From Eledone cirrhosa (lineage: Eukaryota), in NCBI GenBank assembly GCA_964016885.1, contig OZ024742.1, forward strand, positions 131,192,001-131,256,000: a DNA stretch of 64,000 nucleotides, given 5' to 3'. Shown here in pieces: positions 11,773 to 23,760 of this stretch; positions within the stretch are counted from its first letter, which is position 1; every line of letters begins with the position of its first letter. The translations under genes and the position numbers were made by a program. The notes under the pieces were generated by a model. The model did not search any database. It was not told where the DNA came from and was given only the letters and a program-made list of their open reading frames with translations.

Positions 11773-12880
11773 ACTAGGGCTATAACACCCCACTTGCCGA
11801 TTTTGCAATGGGTAACCCCTGCTTGCCAAGGAAGACGTAAGATCTTCTTTGTATTCTTTTATCGCTTCCTTTATTTCCTTCCCCCCTCTCTCCTTTGTCC
11901 TTCTACCCCAGCTCTTCTCCTTTGTCGGCGTCTTTTCTCGCCCACCCGAGGCTGCCCTTTGGCCCAATGTAGCCTTAGTACCCCCACCACCCCCTCCCCT
12001 AGTCTATGATAGATTTGGCGGACCCCGCCCTTTATAGCAGTTGGCTTAGACCCCGGATACTTGCCCCCCTTTTCCGACCGCTCCCACTATTCTCTGTGCC
12101 CTCTATATTTCTTAGTGGCACTTATGCCTTATTTTTTCGTTTCAGTATTTCTTGCTTCGCTTTTCTTCTGGGCGGGGTGGATTCTGAATTTATTTCTCCG
12201 TATTCTACCTTTATTTCGTACGAACTTTCATGTAGCTTGTTTTAGATCTTTTAGAGTTAGCATTAGTATATATTTTTCTCGGGACTCAGAATTATTATCT
12301 CGTACAAGTTCACTTTGCTGCACTGGGTCGTTGCTGGCGCGGGATGGAAACCTTTATTGTTTATTTCGTGGTAGTCTCTTTAGTATTTTGGCCCCTTTTG
12401 TTGACCCGTCACCGTATCATTTACGTACTTATACCTCTTAAAAGGGTCCTTGCCTATTCCGTCCCACCTAGTTCTTTTACTTATTTCGTTATTTCTTTAT
12501 TTATTTATTTCTTTACTTCTTTCTTTCTTTATTTTATTCTAGCCTAACAATAGCCTGAGACCTAGGTCGTAGAATTTAATTTACTTTACTTTTTTCTTTA
12601 CACTTATTTGCTTTTCTTCACTCTCAGTATTTTTTCTTTCCTATATATTTCTACCCCCCATTGTTCTACCTACCGTTCCGACTTCCTCCCCCTCCCCCTC
12701 CCCTGTATCTTCTTTGACCTCATGCCCAGCTGTAGCTGGCACTACCAACGCTTGATTGGGTCTACTCCAACCCCTCCCCTCTTTCTCCTACTGGCAGGTT
12801 TAGCCACCATCTCCCCTACTAATTTGCAACCACAGAATTACTACTGATTTTTGACAATCACTTTGACCATATATGGAATT

Positions 12881-12974
12881 ACCCCTTGAGAAGATCGGCT
12901 ATTTAAATACCAGGATAAATTTTCATTTAGTCCAGAATTAGCCGTCGAAACGGCTTGAGCTCAGCTGTCGGGGT
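12881..12974 (+). ncRNA. Type I hammerhead with U3-A8 core (UUGAGAA) and extended stem II
   Basis: ACCCC-UUGAGAA-GAUCGGCUA...UAGCCGUC-GAAA-CGGC(UUGAGCUCA)GCUG-UC-GGGGU, with a GUC triplet. Confidence 0.75.
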
Positions 12975-13065
12975 CTTACTGGTTCCTATTACCCACTCTA
13001 CTACCTCAAGTATTGAGTACTTTGGTGCGTTATGGTCCACCTGGTTCCTTACCACATTTCCTTCG

Positions 13066-13107
<42 letters not shown>

Positions 13108-13258
13108 ATACTTTGGGAGGGTCATGTTGCCAATAAGAAACACACGCACCAGTTGCTTTCACTTCAATTTAATTTATTATATATTTATAAATTTACAAAT
13201 TTATAAATTTCTGGTTGGTTGGTTGGTTCCACAACCAGATAGTTGTTTATATATATAT

Positions 13259-13303
13259 AGTCATAGTTCTTTCGTCACACACTCTGTGACCTCTTCAGTG
13301 ACT
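13259..13303 (-). ncRNA. Minimal type I hammerhead (left arm)
   Basis: Reverse complement of 13432-13476. Confidence 0.8.
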
Positions 13304-13431
13304 GGGGATTTCTTTCTTCGTTTCTGTGCCTTTCCTTTCTTCTATCCTACGCCATTTTGTTTGTGTGTGGGCAAACAAAATGGCGTAGGATAGAAGTAAG
13401 GAAAGGCACAGAAACGAAGAAAGAAATCCCC

Positions 13432-13476
13432 AGTCACTGAAGAGGTCACAGAGTGTGTGACGAAAGAACTATGACT
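13432..13476 (+). ncRNA. Minimal type I hammerhead (right arm)
   Basis: AGUCA-CUGAAGA-G-GUCACA(GAGUG)UGUGAC-GAAA-GAAC-UA-UGACU, with a CUA triplet and 5-bp stem I. Confidence 0.8.
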
Positions 13477-13705
13477 ATATATATATAAACAACTATCTGG
13501 TTGTGGAACCAACCAACCAACCAGAAATTTATAAATTTGTAAATTTATAAATATATAATAAATTAAATTGAAGTGAAAGCAACTGGTGCGTGTGTTTCTT
13601 ATTGGCAACATGACCCTCCCAAAGTATAACAATATCGGTTTCAACACACGATTTCAGATAAAGAATCTTGCTAAACAAATTCAGAAACGAAATATATATA
13701 TATAA

Positions 13706-13767
<62 letters not shown>

Positions 13768-14379
13768 GTATATATATATATGTATATATATGTATATATA
13801 TATATATATGTATATATATACATATATGTATATATATATTGACCTGTGTGTAATTCTTTTCTCGCGCACTCTTGGGCAAGCTGGTATGAATTTTTTTTTT
13901 CTCTCTCTCTCTCCCGTCTACGATTTCACAGAACTTATGTTTACCGAATTCGCAGACCAGACCCCTTCTTCCTCCCGTTAGACCTGTGCGAAATTCCTTC
14001 CTTGCTCACATTTCAACCAGGTTTGATGGTCTTTATTCTCTCGTTCACGATTTCACCGAATTTAAATTCATAGAAATCTGGGACTTGTCTCTTTCTTCAT
14101 CACTTTCTGTTGCTTCACCATTTTGTTTGTTTACCCTCGCGTCCCCTTTATCTACGTGTCCCAACGACTTTTTTTAGCCGTTGCTCGCACCAACCGGGGG
14201 TATATGGTCTTTAAAGCGATGAAATGCCTATGATGGTTGGAAGACCACCGATGAAGGACAAACTTTTTTCACATGTAACCCATTTGCAACGCCGCAGCGT
14301 CCTTATTATCATATATATGTATATATATATGTCTATATATATATCTAAGGATATAATTTATAGTATATGTGTATATATA

Positions 14380-14466
<87 letters not shown>

Positions 14467-14470
14467 GTAC

Positions 14471-14508
<38 letters not shown>

Positions 14509-14559
14509 CATGGCATTGTTAAATACGCTGGGTCCGTCAACTTATTATATATATATATA

Positions 14560-14800
14560 TATAAGTTTATCCCGGTTTCAATCGGGTGTAATCACAGTAA
14601 ATAAGGTAATCAATACATAGTAGAGTATAAATATTTAATATACAAATGGCTTCTACAGGGCTTCCTGATGATTTCTCCCGAATGAAAATGTTCTAGTCTT
14701 GTAGAAGCCATTTCTATATATATATTTGTGTGTATAGTATATTAGAAGTTATTTCTACAGCAATAGAACTGTTTCATTCGTATGAAATCATTAGGAATAT
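14560..14800. mobile_element. Decayed HHR-bearing mini-element, same family as 54335-54540
   Basis: GGCUUC-CUGAUGA-UUUC..GAAU-GAAA...UG-UA-GAAGCC at 14659-14709 (+). A mutated second copy (CUAAUGA) lies on the - strand at ~14750-14800. The upstream flank is homologous to 54340-54420. Confidence 0.6.
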
Positions 14801-15174
14801 CTGATAAATTCGGCCAGTTCTGGTTATTTATAAGTGTCTCAGTTAGTAGTTGAGGGTGGTGGTGGGCTGACCCTATCTAATGATATAGAAGAACAGTCAT
14901 TTGATTAATGAGGTGTAGGAGAAAAGGAAAGAAGGTGAAGAATAGGATGAGGAAGAAGACGAAGGGAAGAAAAGAGAAAAGAAGGAAGCAGAAAAAGCAT
15001 ATAAAGAAGAATGCTAATGGCGTATAAGAGAGGTGGTGGTGGGAGGTGGTGGAAGGCAGGTTTTATTTGAGTAGGTAGCAGGAGAATGGGGAGCGGTATA
15101 TCGATGACTAGTTTTGGTAAGAAGTAAATAAGTGAGTTAATAAATGAAATTTTTGTGCCAAATTATATGTATTA

Positions 15175-16240
15175 CTAGCAACAGTACCCAGCGTTGCCTG
15201 GGTAGGTAAAATACTAACTGCTCTAATGAAAAGGTGTTGATCTTAGCGACTGCTTCTCGATCACTTATCTATGGCCACACACAGGCCATGCGTGGGAGGG
15301 TGGTGATGACCTCTATCACTGAGAAACGCGGGTGACTGACGAAGGGGCATGCTGAGGGAGGAAGGTAATGACCTCTAACACTAAGCCAAATTTCCTCACG
15401 CTACTTGATTGGAAATCGATGAATTCTCAAATACACAACTAAAATCTCAGACAACGTCAGTGGCCATCGTTTTGCCTTTGACCCTCTATAAGATGTGCAA
15501 TGATAGGTTCTATCGTAGTATAAAAGTTGAAGCAAATAAATTGATTTATGTGTAAGGTGGAGCCGAAGTTTCGAATTTGAACGAAATCGGTTGAAAAATG
15601 TGGTTGCTAAGGATATGTTCTATCGTAGTATAAAAGTTGAACCAAATAAATTGATTTATGTCTGAGGTGGAGCCGTAGTTTCGAATTTGAACGAAATCGG
15701 TTGAAAAATGTGGTTTCTAAGGATAGGTTCTATCGTAGTATAAAAGTTGAACCAAATAAATTGATTTATGTGTGAGGTGGAGCCGAAGTTTCGAATTTGA
15801 ACGAAATCGGTTGAAAAATGTGGTTGCTAAGGATATGTTCTATCGTAGTATAAAAGTTGAACCAAATAAATTAATTTATGTGTGAGGTGGAGCCGTAGTT
15901 TCGAATTTGAACGAAATCGGTTGAAAAATGTGGTTTCTAAGGATAGGTTCTATCGTAGTATAAAAGTTGAACCAAATAAATTGATTTATGTGTGAGGTGG
16001 AGCCGAAGTTTCGAATTTAAACAAAATCGGTTGAAAAATTAGGGAGTTAAAGCCGAGAAGGCGGAAATTTGAGCGAAAATGTGGTATTTTCGAATATTTA
16101 AGCGGTTGCCACGCCGTTCCTGAACAAAAAATCCAAAATGTAAGGCCACTTTAAGACATAAAATAATCAGATCAACCGTAGTGTAAAATTTGAACAAAGT
16201 AGGTTGATTGATGTTGGAGTTAGAGCCGAAAATGTGGCAA
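15175..16240 (-). mobile_element. Non-autonomous Helitron-like element
   Basis: On the - strand it ends in the hairpin TACCCAG-gcaacg-CTGGGTA followed by ...CTAG|T (canonical Helitron 3' end at 15175). It carries an internal tandem array. The 5' TC end was not located. Confidence 0.6.
15502..16038. repeat. Tandem array of a 110-bp unit (~5 copies) with 220-bp higher-order periodicity
   Basis: Units start at 15502, 15612, 15722, 15832 and 15942. Variants TAGG/TATG, GCCGAAG/GCCGTAG and GGTTGCT/GGTTTCT alternate. Confidence 0.95.
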
Positions 16241-17452
16241 TCAGAGAAGAAAGCAAGTATCTGGGGTCTAGCACATCTGCTATAAAAAGCGGAATCGGCC
16301 AATTCTATCACAAAATAAGGGGGTGGAGGTGGGGGTACTGAGGCTACAGAGGACCGAAGGGCTGCATCGGGGTGGGCGAGAAGTTGAACAGAACGTCTTT
16401 CTTATCACCTTCTCGCCCACCTCAGTGCGAGACCCCAGATACTTGCTTTCTTCTCTGGTTGCTGCCACATTTCCGTGATTTCTAGATTTCTTAGTGGTAT
16501 TTCTGCTTTAGTTTCTCGTATATCAGTATTTATTTTTTGGGATTCTGAATTCATTTTTCGTATTAGTTTTTCATATATATTGTACGAGTATTTATGTAGA
16601 TTGTATTAGAATTTATGTATTGTAGCAGTATTTATATATATTGTATTAGTTTTTTTTATATATATTGTATGAGTATTTATGTAGCTTGTAATAGAATTTA
16701 TGTATTGTAGCAGTACTTATATATATTGTATTAGTATTCATGTTTCGGGATTCTGAATTAATATTTCGTATTAGATTCAGGATTCTGAATTAATATTTCG
16801 TATTAGTTTTTTTAGTATGTTGGTCCTCAACTTGTTGACCTGTCATTGTAAGATAGCTTTGGCCGATTACTACTAACTATTGTAGTGGTGGTAGACCCCC
16901 TGTAATGATGGCCTCATAAAATTCTTTCACTACAATCTCGTATTTAGTATTCCTTCCCACCTATTAAACCTTTCTATAGCTTAGCAGTACCAGTGAGAGA
17001 TTTGATGATTGTGGAAGGGGACTAGTAACCAGAAATTGTTTTTTTTATAATTTTTATATTTTTTATATATTTACTCCATTTAGATTTACTTATTGTTTCA
17101 ACTCCCCCCTCCCCTCCTCTAGTATACTTTTTTCGACCTTCTATACATTATCCTTAGAATCTGCTGTAGTTTTTACTTTCAACGCTTGACTGGGTTTCCT
17201 CCACTCCCTCTCACTCTTTCTTCTAATGGCAAGTTCAGCTACCCCTACTTTCCACAAAATGCCATGATAGAATCATGTGTCTTAACAACAAACTTTTGAC
17301 CAATCCTTGTGACAATCACTTTTACCATATATGGAATTACCCCCTGAGAAGTTCGGCTATTCATTTACCAGGCTAAAAATTTTCATTTAGTCCAGAATTA
17401 GCCATCGAAACGGCTTGAGCTCAGCCGTCGGGGTCCTACTTGTTCCTATTTA
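16240..17452 (+). mobile_element. ORF-less copy of the 3' region of the 10410-13066 PLE family, with an inverted 5' segment
   Basis: ~16250-16383 is reverse-complementary to ~11935-12065, and 16410-17450 is collinear with ~11935-12990 (with deletions). It ends at (TA)n. Confidence 0.8.
17339..17434 (+). ncRNA. Hammerhead paralog of 12881-12974 (CUGAGAA core)
   Basis: ACCCC-CUGAGAA-GUUCGGCUA...UAGCCAUC-GAAA-CGGC(UUGAGCUCA)GCCG-UC-GGGGU. Confidence 0.65.
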
Positions 17453-17478
17453 TATTTATATATATATATATAAATATA

Positions 17479-17548
<70 letters not shown>

Positions 17549-17765
17549 AAAGAATAGAGGTGTAACACACAAGTTATTATATATTGGTAAACGGAATAGA
17601 AAATGCTGACAAATTGTTCACAGTTGAAAAATGGTTTAATTAGGAATAAAAGAGTATTAGTGATTGTATGGGCTAGTATTCAGTTGTGGTTTTAAGTTTT
17701 TAAGTTTTTACCGGTTGCGCATTTCTAAATGCTTTTCAAAAATAATTTTCTATCTATTCCGTTTA

Positions 17766-17799
<34 letters not shown>

Positions 17800-17927
17800 A
17801 AAGTTCTATTTAAATTGTTGAGATACAACAAGCAAATATTTTTATAACTGATATAAAGCACTCGACAAATATTTGGAGTAGATATACGATATTAATAAAT
17901 GGAAACTATATTTATAAAACCATATTT

Positions 17928-17990
17928 ATTTCATTATATATATTTCAAGGATGCCAAGTTACATTATGGTATGCCATCATCAGACAAAAT
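17928..17990 (-). ncRNA. Minimal type I hammerhead (left arm)
   Basis: AUUUUGU-CUGAUGA-UGGCAUACCA...UGGCAUCCUU-GAAA-UAUAUA-UA-AUGAAAU. Confidence 0.7.
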
Positions 17991-18159
17991 ACAATATATA
18001 ACAGTTTTATAAATAGACATTGACGTACCCTTTTAAAAATTGAACGTTGCTTTTGGAGGCCATCAGGATAGTTGTTTGTTTACTTTAGTAAGTCATAGTG
18101 TTAAGAGTAATTTTTAAAAGGGTACGTCAATTTCTATTTATAAAACTGTTATATATTGT

Positions 18160-18222
18160 ATTTTGTCTGATGAAGGCATACCATAATGTAACTTGGTATC
18201 CTTGAAATATATATAATGAAAT
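18160..18222 (+). ncRNA. Minimal type I hammerhead (right arm)
   Basis: AUUUUGU-CUGAUGA-AGGCAUACCA(UAAUGUAACU)UGGUAUCCUU-GAAA-UAUAUA-UA-AUGAAAU, with a palindromic stem III loop and an AUA triplet. Confidence 0.78.
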
Positions 18223-18262
18223 AAATATGGTTTTATAAATATAGTTTCCATTTATTAATATC

Positions 18263-18308
<46 letters not shown>

Positions 18309-18344
18309 TATTCCATATGAAATGAATATATCAAGACATAATTA

Positions 18345-18401
18345 TCACTACTACTACTGCTGCTATTACTACTGCTGCTACTACTACTACTGCTGCTGCT
18401 G

Positions 18402-18474
<73 letters not shown>

Positions 18475-18511
18475 CACCACCACTACCACCACCACCACCA
18501 CCACCATCACC

Positions 18512-18596
<85 letters not shown>

Positions 18597-19125
18597 ATTA
18601 TATTGATATGCTGGTAATAATATTAATACTATTAACGGTGAAAATACCACACAATAGATATAACAATAACAACAATTGTAATAAATGATCATAATAACAA
18701 CACACACACACACAAAATAATAAATGTAACAACAGCAACAACAAAAAATTATATAAATAATGATAAAGGAGGTGAATTGCAAAAAAGCCAGTAAGAAAAA
18801 TGTCTACGAAAATGTAAAAGCGAGGTCATCTATAAAAATAAAGGCGATTTAAAGTAATTTATCAACTTTAAGAGGCATGTGAGTTTCCTTTGACAATAAG
18901 ACCATATCAACCAGCAAAGATAGCACCACCGCTGCCGTCAAAACCACCGCCACCACCATCGCTATTACCGACACTATTACAAACACCATCACTACCATCA
19001 CCACCACCACCACCACCACCAAGAACAACAACAACAACGACAACAAAACTTCCGTCAACACCACAAGCACCACTAGCACTACCACTACTTCCAGCAGCAG
19101 CAACACCACATACGCCACTACCTTA
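18345..19125. repeat. Trinucleotide microsatellite mosaic (CTA/CCA/CAA)n
   Basis: Direct inspection. Confidence 0.9.
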
Positions 19126-19129
19126 GAGA

Positions 19130-19490
19130 TAATTGTTTCTACGTTTAGCACAAGGCCAGCAATAACCCAGTGCATTACTGGTACTTTATTTTATCGACCC
19201 CGTTAGGATGAAAGGCAAAGTTAACATCGGCGGGATTAACTTTGCCTTTCATCCTTACGGGGTCGATAATATAAAGTACCAGTAATGCAGTGAGATAATT
19301 GCTGGCCTTGTGCCAAAAGTAGAAATAATTATCTCTAATCGGTAGATTGGCAGTATCGGTAGAGTGTCGGACGCCATGCTTTCCAGCATAGTTATGTCCC
19401 TTTACGGTCTGAGTTCAAATCCCGCCGAGGTTAACTTTGCCTTTCATTCTTACGGGGTCGATAAAATAAAGTACCAGTAATACACTGGAT
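19130..19490. mobile_element. Three SINE family 1 pieces, including an inverted pair fused at GTTAAC (19130-19330) and a near-full + copy (19340-19490)
   Basis: Same consensus as 2371-2540. Confidence 0.8.
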
Positions 19491-19504
19491 TAATGTGGGA
19501 TAAA

Positions 19505-20570
19505 CAACAATACCAACACCAATACAATCACCATCCCCACCACCAAAAGTATTACCATCCCCACCACCAACACCAACACTATCACCATCCCCACCACCAA
19601 CACCAACACTATCACCATCCCCACCACCTACACCAACACAATCACCATCCCCACCACCAAAAGTATTACCATCCCCACCACCAACACCAACACTATTACC
19701 ATCCCCACCACCAACACCAACACTATCACCATCCCCACCACCGACACCAACACTATCACCATCCCCACCACCTACACCAACACTATCACCATCCCCACCA
19801 CCAACACTATCACCATCCCCACCACCAACACTACCACCATCCCCACCACCAACACCAACACTATCACCATCCCCACCACCAACACTATCACCATCCCCAC
19901 CACCAACACTACCACCATCCCCACCACCAACACCAACACTATCACCATCCCCACCACCTACACCAACACTATCACCATCCCCACCACCAACACTATCACC
20001 ATCCCCACCACCAACACTACCACCATCCCCACCACCAACACCAATACTATCACCATCCCCACCACCAACACTATCACCATCCCCACCACCAACACTACCA
20101 CCATCCCCACCACCAACACCAACACTATCACCATCCCCACCACCAACACCAACACTATCACCATCGCCACCACCTACACCAACACTACCACCATCCCCAC
20201 CACCAACACCAACACTATCACCATCCCCACCACCTACACCAACACTATCACCATCCCCACCACCTACACCAACACTATCACCATCCCCACCACCAACACC
20301 AACACTATCCCCATCCCCACCACCTACACCAACACTATCACCATCCCCACCACCAACACCAACACTATCTACATACCCACCACCTACGTCAACACTATCA
20401 CATCCCCACCACCAACACCAACATTATCACCATCCCCACCACCTACACCAACACTATCACCATCCCCACCGCCTACACCAACAATATCTACATATCCACC
20501 ACCAACACCAACACTATCACCATCCCCACCACCTACACCAATACTATCACCATCCTCACCAGCAGCACCA
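19505..20570. repeat. C/A-rich minisatellite (CACCATCCCCACCACCAACACCAACACTAT and shorter variants)
   Basis: Dozens of 21-27-bp units. It generates a spurious His-rich ORF. Confidence 0.9.
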
Positions 20571-21210
20571 ACACCACCAGTACCACAATCATCATCTGAT
20601 CCTTTCTCCCACCGCAATCACAACAACAGCAACACAGCACCAGCACCAACAACAAAAGCACCAAGTCTACCTTCAATGCCACACCAACGCCACCATCATT
20701 AACACCGTCAGTTGTACCATCACTGTAGCCGTCACCGCTACTCCACACCAACGCCGCCACCATCATCACCACGACTGCACTACGACTTTTACCAACATCA
20801 TCAGTAAAATAACCAAAACATTCGCAAACTTCAAAATGCAACCGCATTCAAACTCAAACACACTTACATACATACATGCGCATGCTCACTAAACATTAAC
20901 ACAAAGAAATTAAAAAAAAACTAAAAAATAAAAAAAAAACCCTCCAAAAATAACATAAAACAAATAAAAATTACAAAGAATGAATAATGATGGATGATCG
21001 AAGGTGAAACGTTGAGAATCATTTTATATATCATTCCATTTATATCGTCAAATATGACATTGCGCTATTCTCCTGATAACAGCTGTTCACAGCTTTCTCC
21101 TGTCTTTGCCTCCATTTTGAATATCTTTACTCTTTGAATTTTTGCAAACTTCTAACCTTCCGAACCCGATTTGAATTGTTTTTCATCACCCTGCCGTATA
21201 TGTGTGTGTG

Positions 21211-21245
<35 letters not shown>

Positions 21246-21384
21246 TATCATAACTATTATATATATATTTGTATATATATATATATATTTATATGTATAT
21301 ATTTTGTATATATATATATTTATATGTATATATATATATTTGTATATATATATATATATATATATATAACTTTCTAACTGCCAA

Positions 21385-21463
<79 letters not shown>

Positions 21464-21848
21464 TTCTATCAATCTATCTCTCACTCTCACTCTCTCTCTC
21501 TTCCTACGTATCTTTTAATCTAACTTTCGTTCTGTATTTCTTTCATTGTTTGTTTCCATGTTTCTTTTTCTTCTTTTCATTCTTTCATCCCTCTCACATT
21601 CTTTCATTCATTCTTTGTTTAATTCTTTCATTCGTTTGTATTTACTTTCACTCTTTCTGCCTCTCTCTTAAACCATGTTCACCTAACCAAAACTCTAGCA
21701 ATTTTCTTTATAGATGTATATGTGGATACACGCACGCATATAGATATAGATATAGGTAATAGTGTATAGGTGAAAGGAATGAACATAACACATAAAACAT
21801 CGTGCAATACATACATTATATATACATATATATACAAATATATGTATG

Positions 21849-21934
<86 letters not shown>

Positions 21935-21953
21935 ATACATATACATATATATT

Positions 21954-22009
<56 letters not shown>

Positions 22010-22072
22010 CATATAAACGTATATATATATATATATACACACACATATATATGTCTATATATATATACATAT

Positions 22073-22115
<43 letters not shown>

Positions 22116-23539
22116 TATATGTATATATATATATGTATATATATATAAATATATATGTATATATATAAATGTATATACATATATATATATATATATATAC
22201 ATTTATGTGTGTGTGTATCCATATATATTATTTATGGATGTATATACACACACATTCACATAGACACACACACACATACATATGTATGTGTGTGTGTGTG
22301 TGTGTCTGTGTATATAAATTATATATATTTATATATATGATGCTTGCAAAAGAAACAATACATTTTTAGACCTCAGGCGCCATATTCTCCGTTGAAATTT
22401 ATATTATCAGCGCTATTTAGCGTTTTATTTTTGCTTTTTTAAATATACTTCTCTCTAGTGGGAAATATAACGAAAATATTATTAATTGCTTATGTAACTT
22501 AGCGCAAGAAAATAAACTAAGTTTTAAAACCGTTTTTAAATACTTGCATTTCGTAAATCGTGAGTAAGAAAAACAAACCAAGCCAAACAACAAGAGTTAT
22601 GAAATCTTTCACTATTTCAATATTCAAATTATTTATTTCTTACAATGAATGACGTTTTGCACAATGGTAGTAGACATATAAGTAATGGGAATTGGTTCCA
22701 ACGGGGAATTGAGCCAATGTAATGGATTTTTGCACTATATCAGCTAAATATTAAATAGTATTTACAATCTTTTCCTCAGGGGATTTGGTTGATAAAAACA
22801 GTACTCGATAAACAAAATATCTGCTATTATTTAGTTGCGTTCCTTTACGTTATGAGTTCACAATCATTCTAAAATTGCCTGTGGCGTTCATCCCTACGAA
22901 TTCCTAAGAATGAAAAACATTATTACATCGTACACTGGCTAGTGGGATACTATCACGGGCCTCTCGTGGGAATTCTCGCTGTTTCCCATTTATTGAGATA
23001 AATGGGAAACGGTGAGAGAGTTGAGAGAAAATTCCCTGTTACTATTTTGCCCCCGCCCCCTCCTCACTCCCCCTAAAAAGAAGGAAATAAAAAAGAAAAA
23101 GATGCTGCTCGTAAGATCAGACCAAGATAACAATATTCCCATTGAATTGGCCATTGCTGATACTATCTGTCAGTCGCAACTATTGGCTGAAAGATCAGCG
23201 ATTGCCAAGTCCGCTGACTAGAAAGCTGGTTCTTTCTATGGTGCCCTAAAATTTTTCACGCCTGAAAATATCTCATTTCTTCATAAATCAACCATTGGTT
23301 CTTGTATTGAGTACTGTTGACATAATGCATTTATTACTATGGTTGATAGAGAAAAAAGAAACAAAGTATTTTGCTCAAGAACAAAATGCACCGCCCGTCA
23401 AGAATCGAACACAAAACCTTATGATCACGAATCCAACACTAACCATAAGCGAAACATCACTAAAACAACATATGAAATAGCAGCCCACTACATTGTCAAC
23501 ATTGTCAATACCGTCTCCCAGAAATATAGACAATCTAGG

Positions 23540-23760
23540 GTGCTGGAATGGTAGTATCGGCAGAGCATCAGACAACATGCTTTGCGACACATAGTTACGG
23601 CCCTTTACTCTCTGAGTTCAAATCTCACTGAAGTTAGCTTTGCCTTTCATCCTTACGAGGTCGATAAATTAGAGTACCAGTAACGCAGTGGGGTTGATGT
23701 AATCGACTTTCCCTTTCCCTTCAAATTGGTAGCTTTGTGCCAAATGTATAAACAATTATT
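23540..23760 (+). mobile_element. SINE family 1, long variant
   Basis: A and B boxes, the Nin-like core, and an extra GGGTTGATGTAATCGACTTTCCCT segment before the tail. Confidence 0.8.

Larger units (their letters stand above)
10410..13066 (+). mobile_element. Second, 5'-truncated Hydra-clade-like PLE with a ~1.3-kb 3' region, ending at (TA)n
   Basis: Uninterrupted ORF followed by a 3' region that recurs at 16.2-17.45 kb and ends with an HHR. Confidence 0.88.
13100..13635. repeat. Near-perfect fold-back (264-bp arms, 8-nt loop) made of the pLTR of the PLE at 1-972
   Basis: 13100-13363 is the reverse complement of 13372-13635. The arms match ~705-972. Confidence 0.95.
17882..18268. repeat. 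Fold-back unit (~160-bp arms, ~70-bp spacer) with a hammerhead in each arm
   Basis: 17882-18041 is the reverse complement of 18109-18268, followed by (TA)n. Confidence 0.9.

Noticed and set aside
15502-16038. CRISPR-like or iteron array
   Set aside because: It is a plain 110-bp tandem repeat without spacers inside a Helitron-like element.
19493-20599. 368-aa His/Gln/Pro-rich ORF (possible metal-binding or beak-type His-rich protein)
   Set aside because: It is entirely a C/A-rich minisatellite translation, with no signal peptide, no Gly-His motifs and no splice context. Stop-free frames are expected from this composition.
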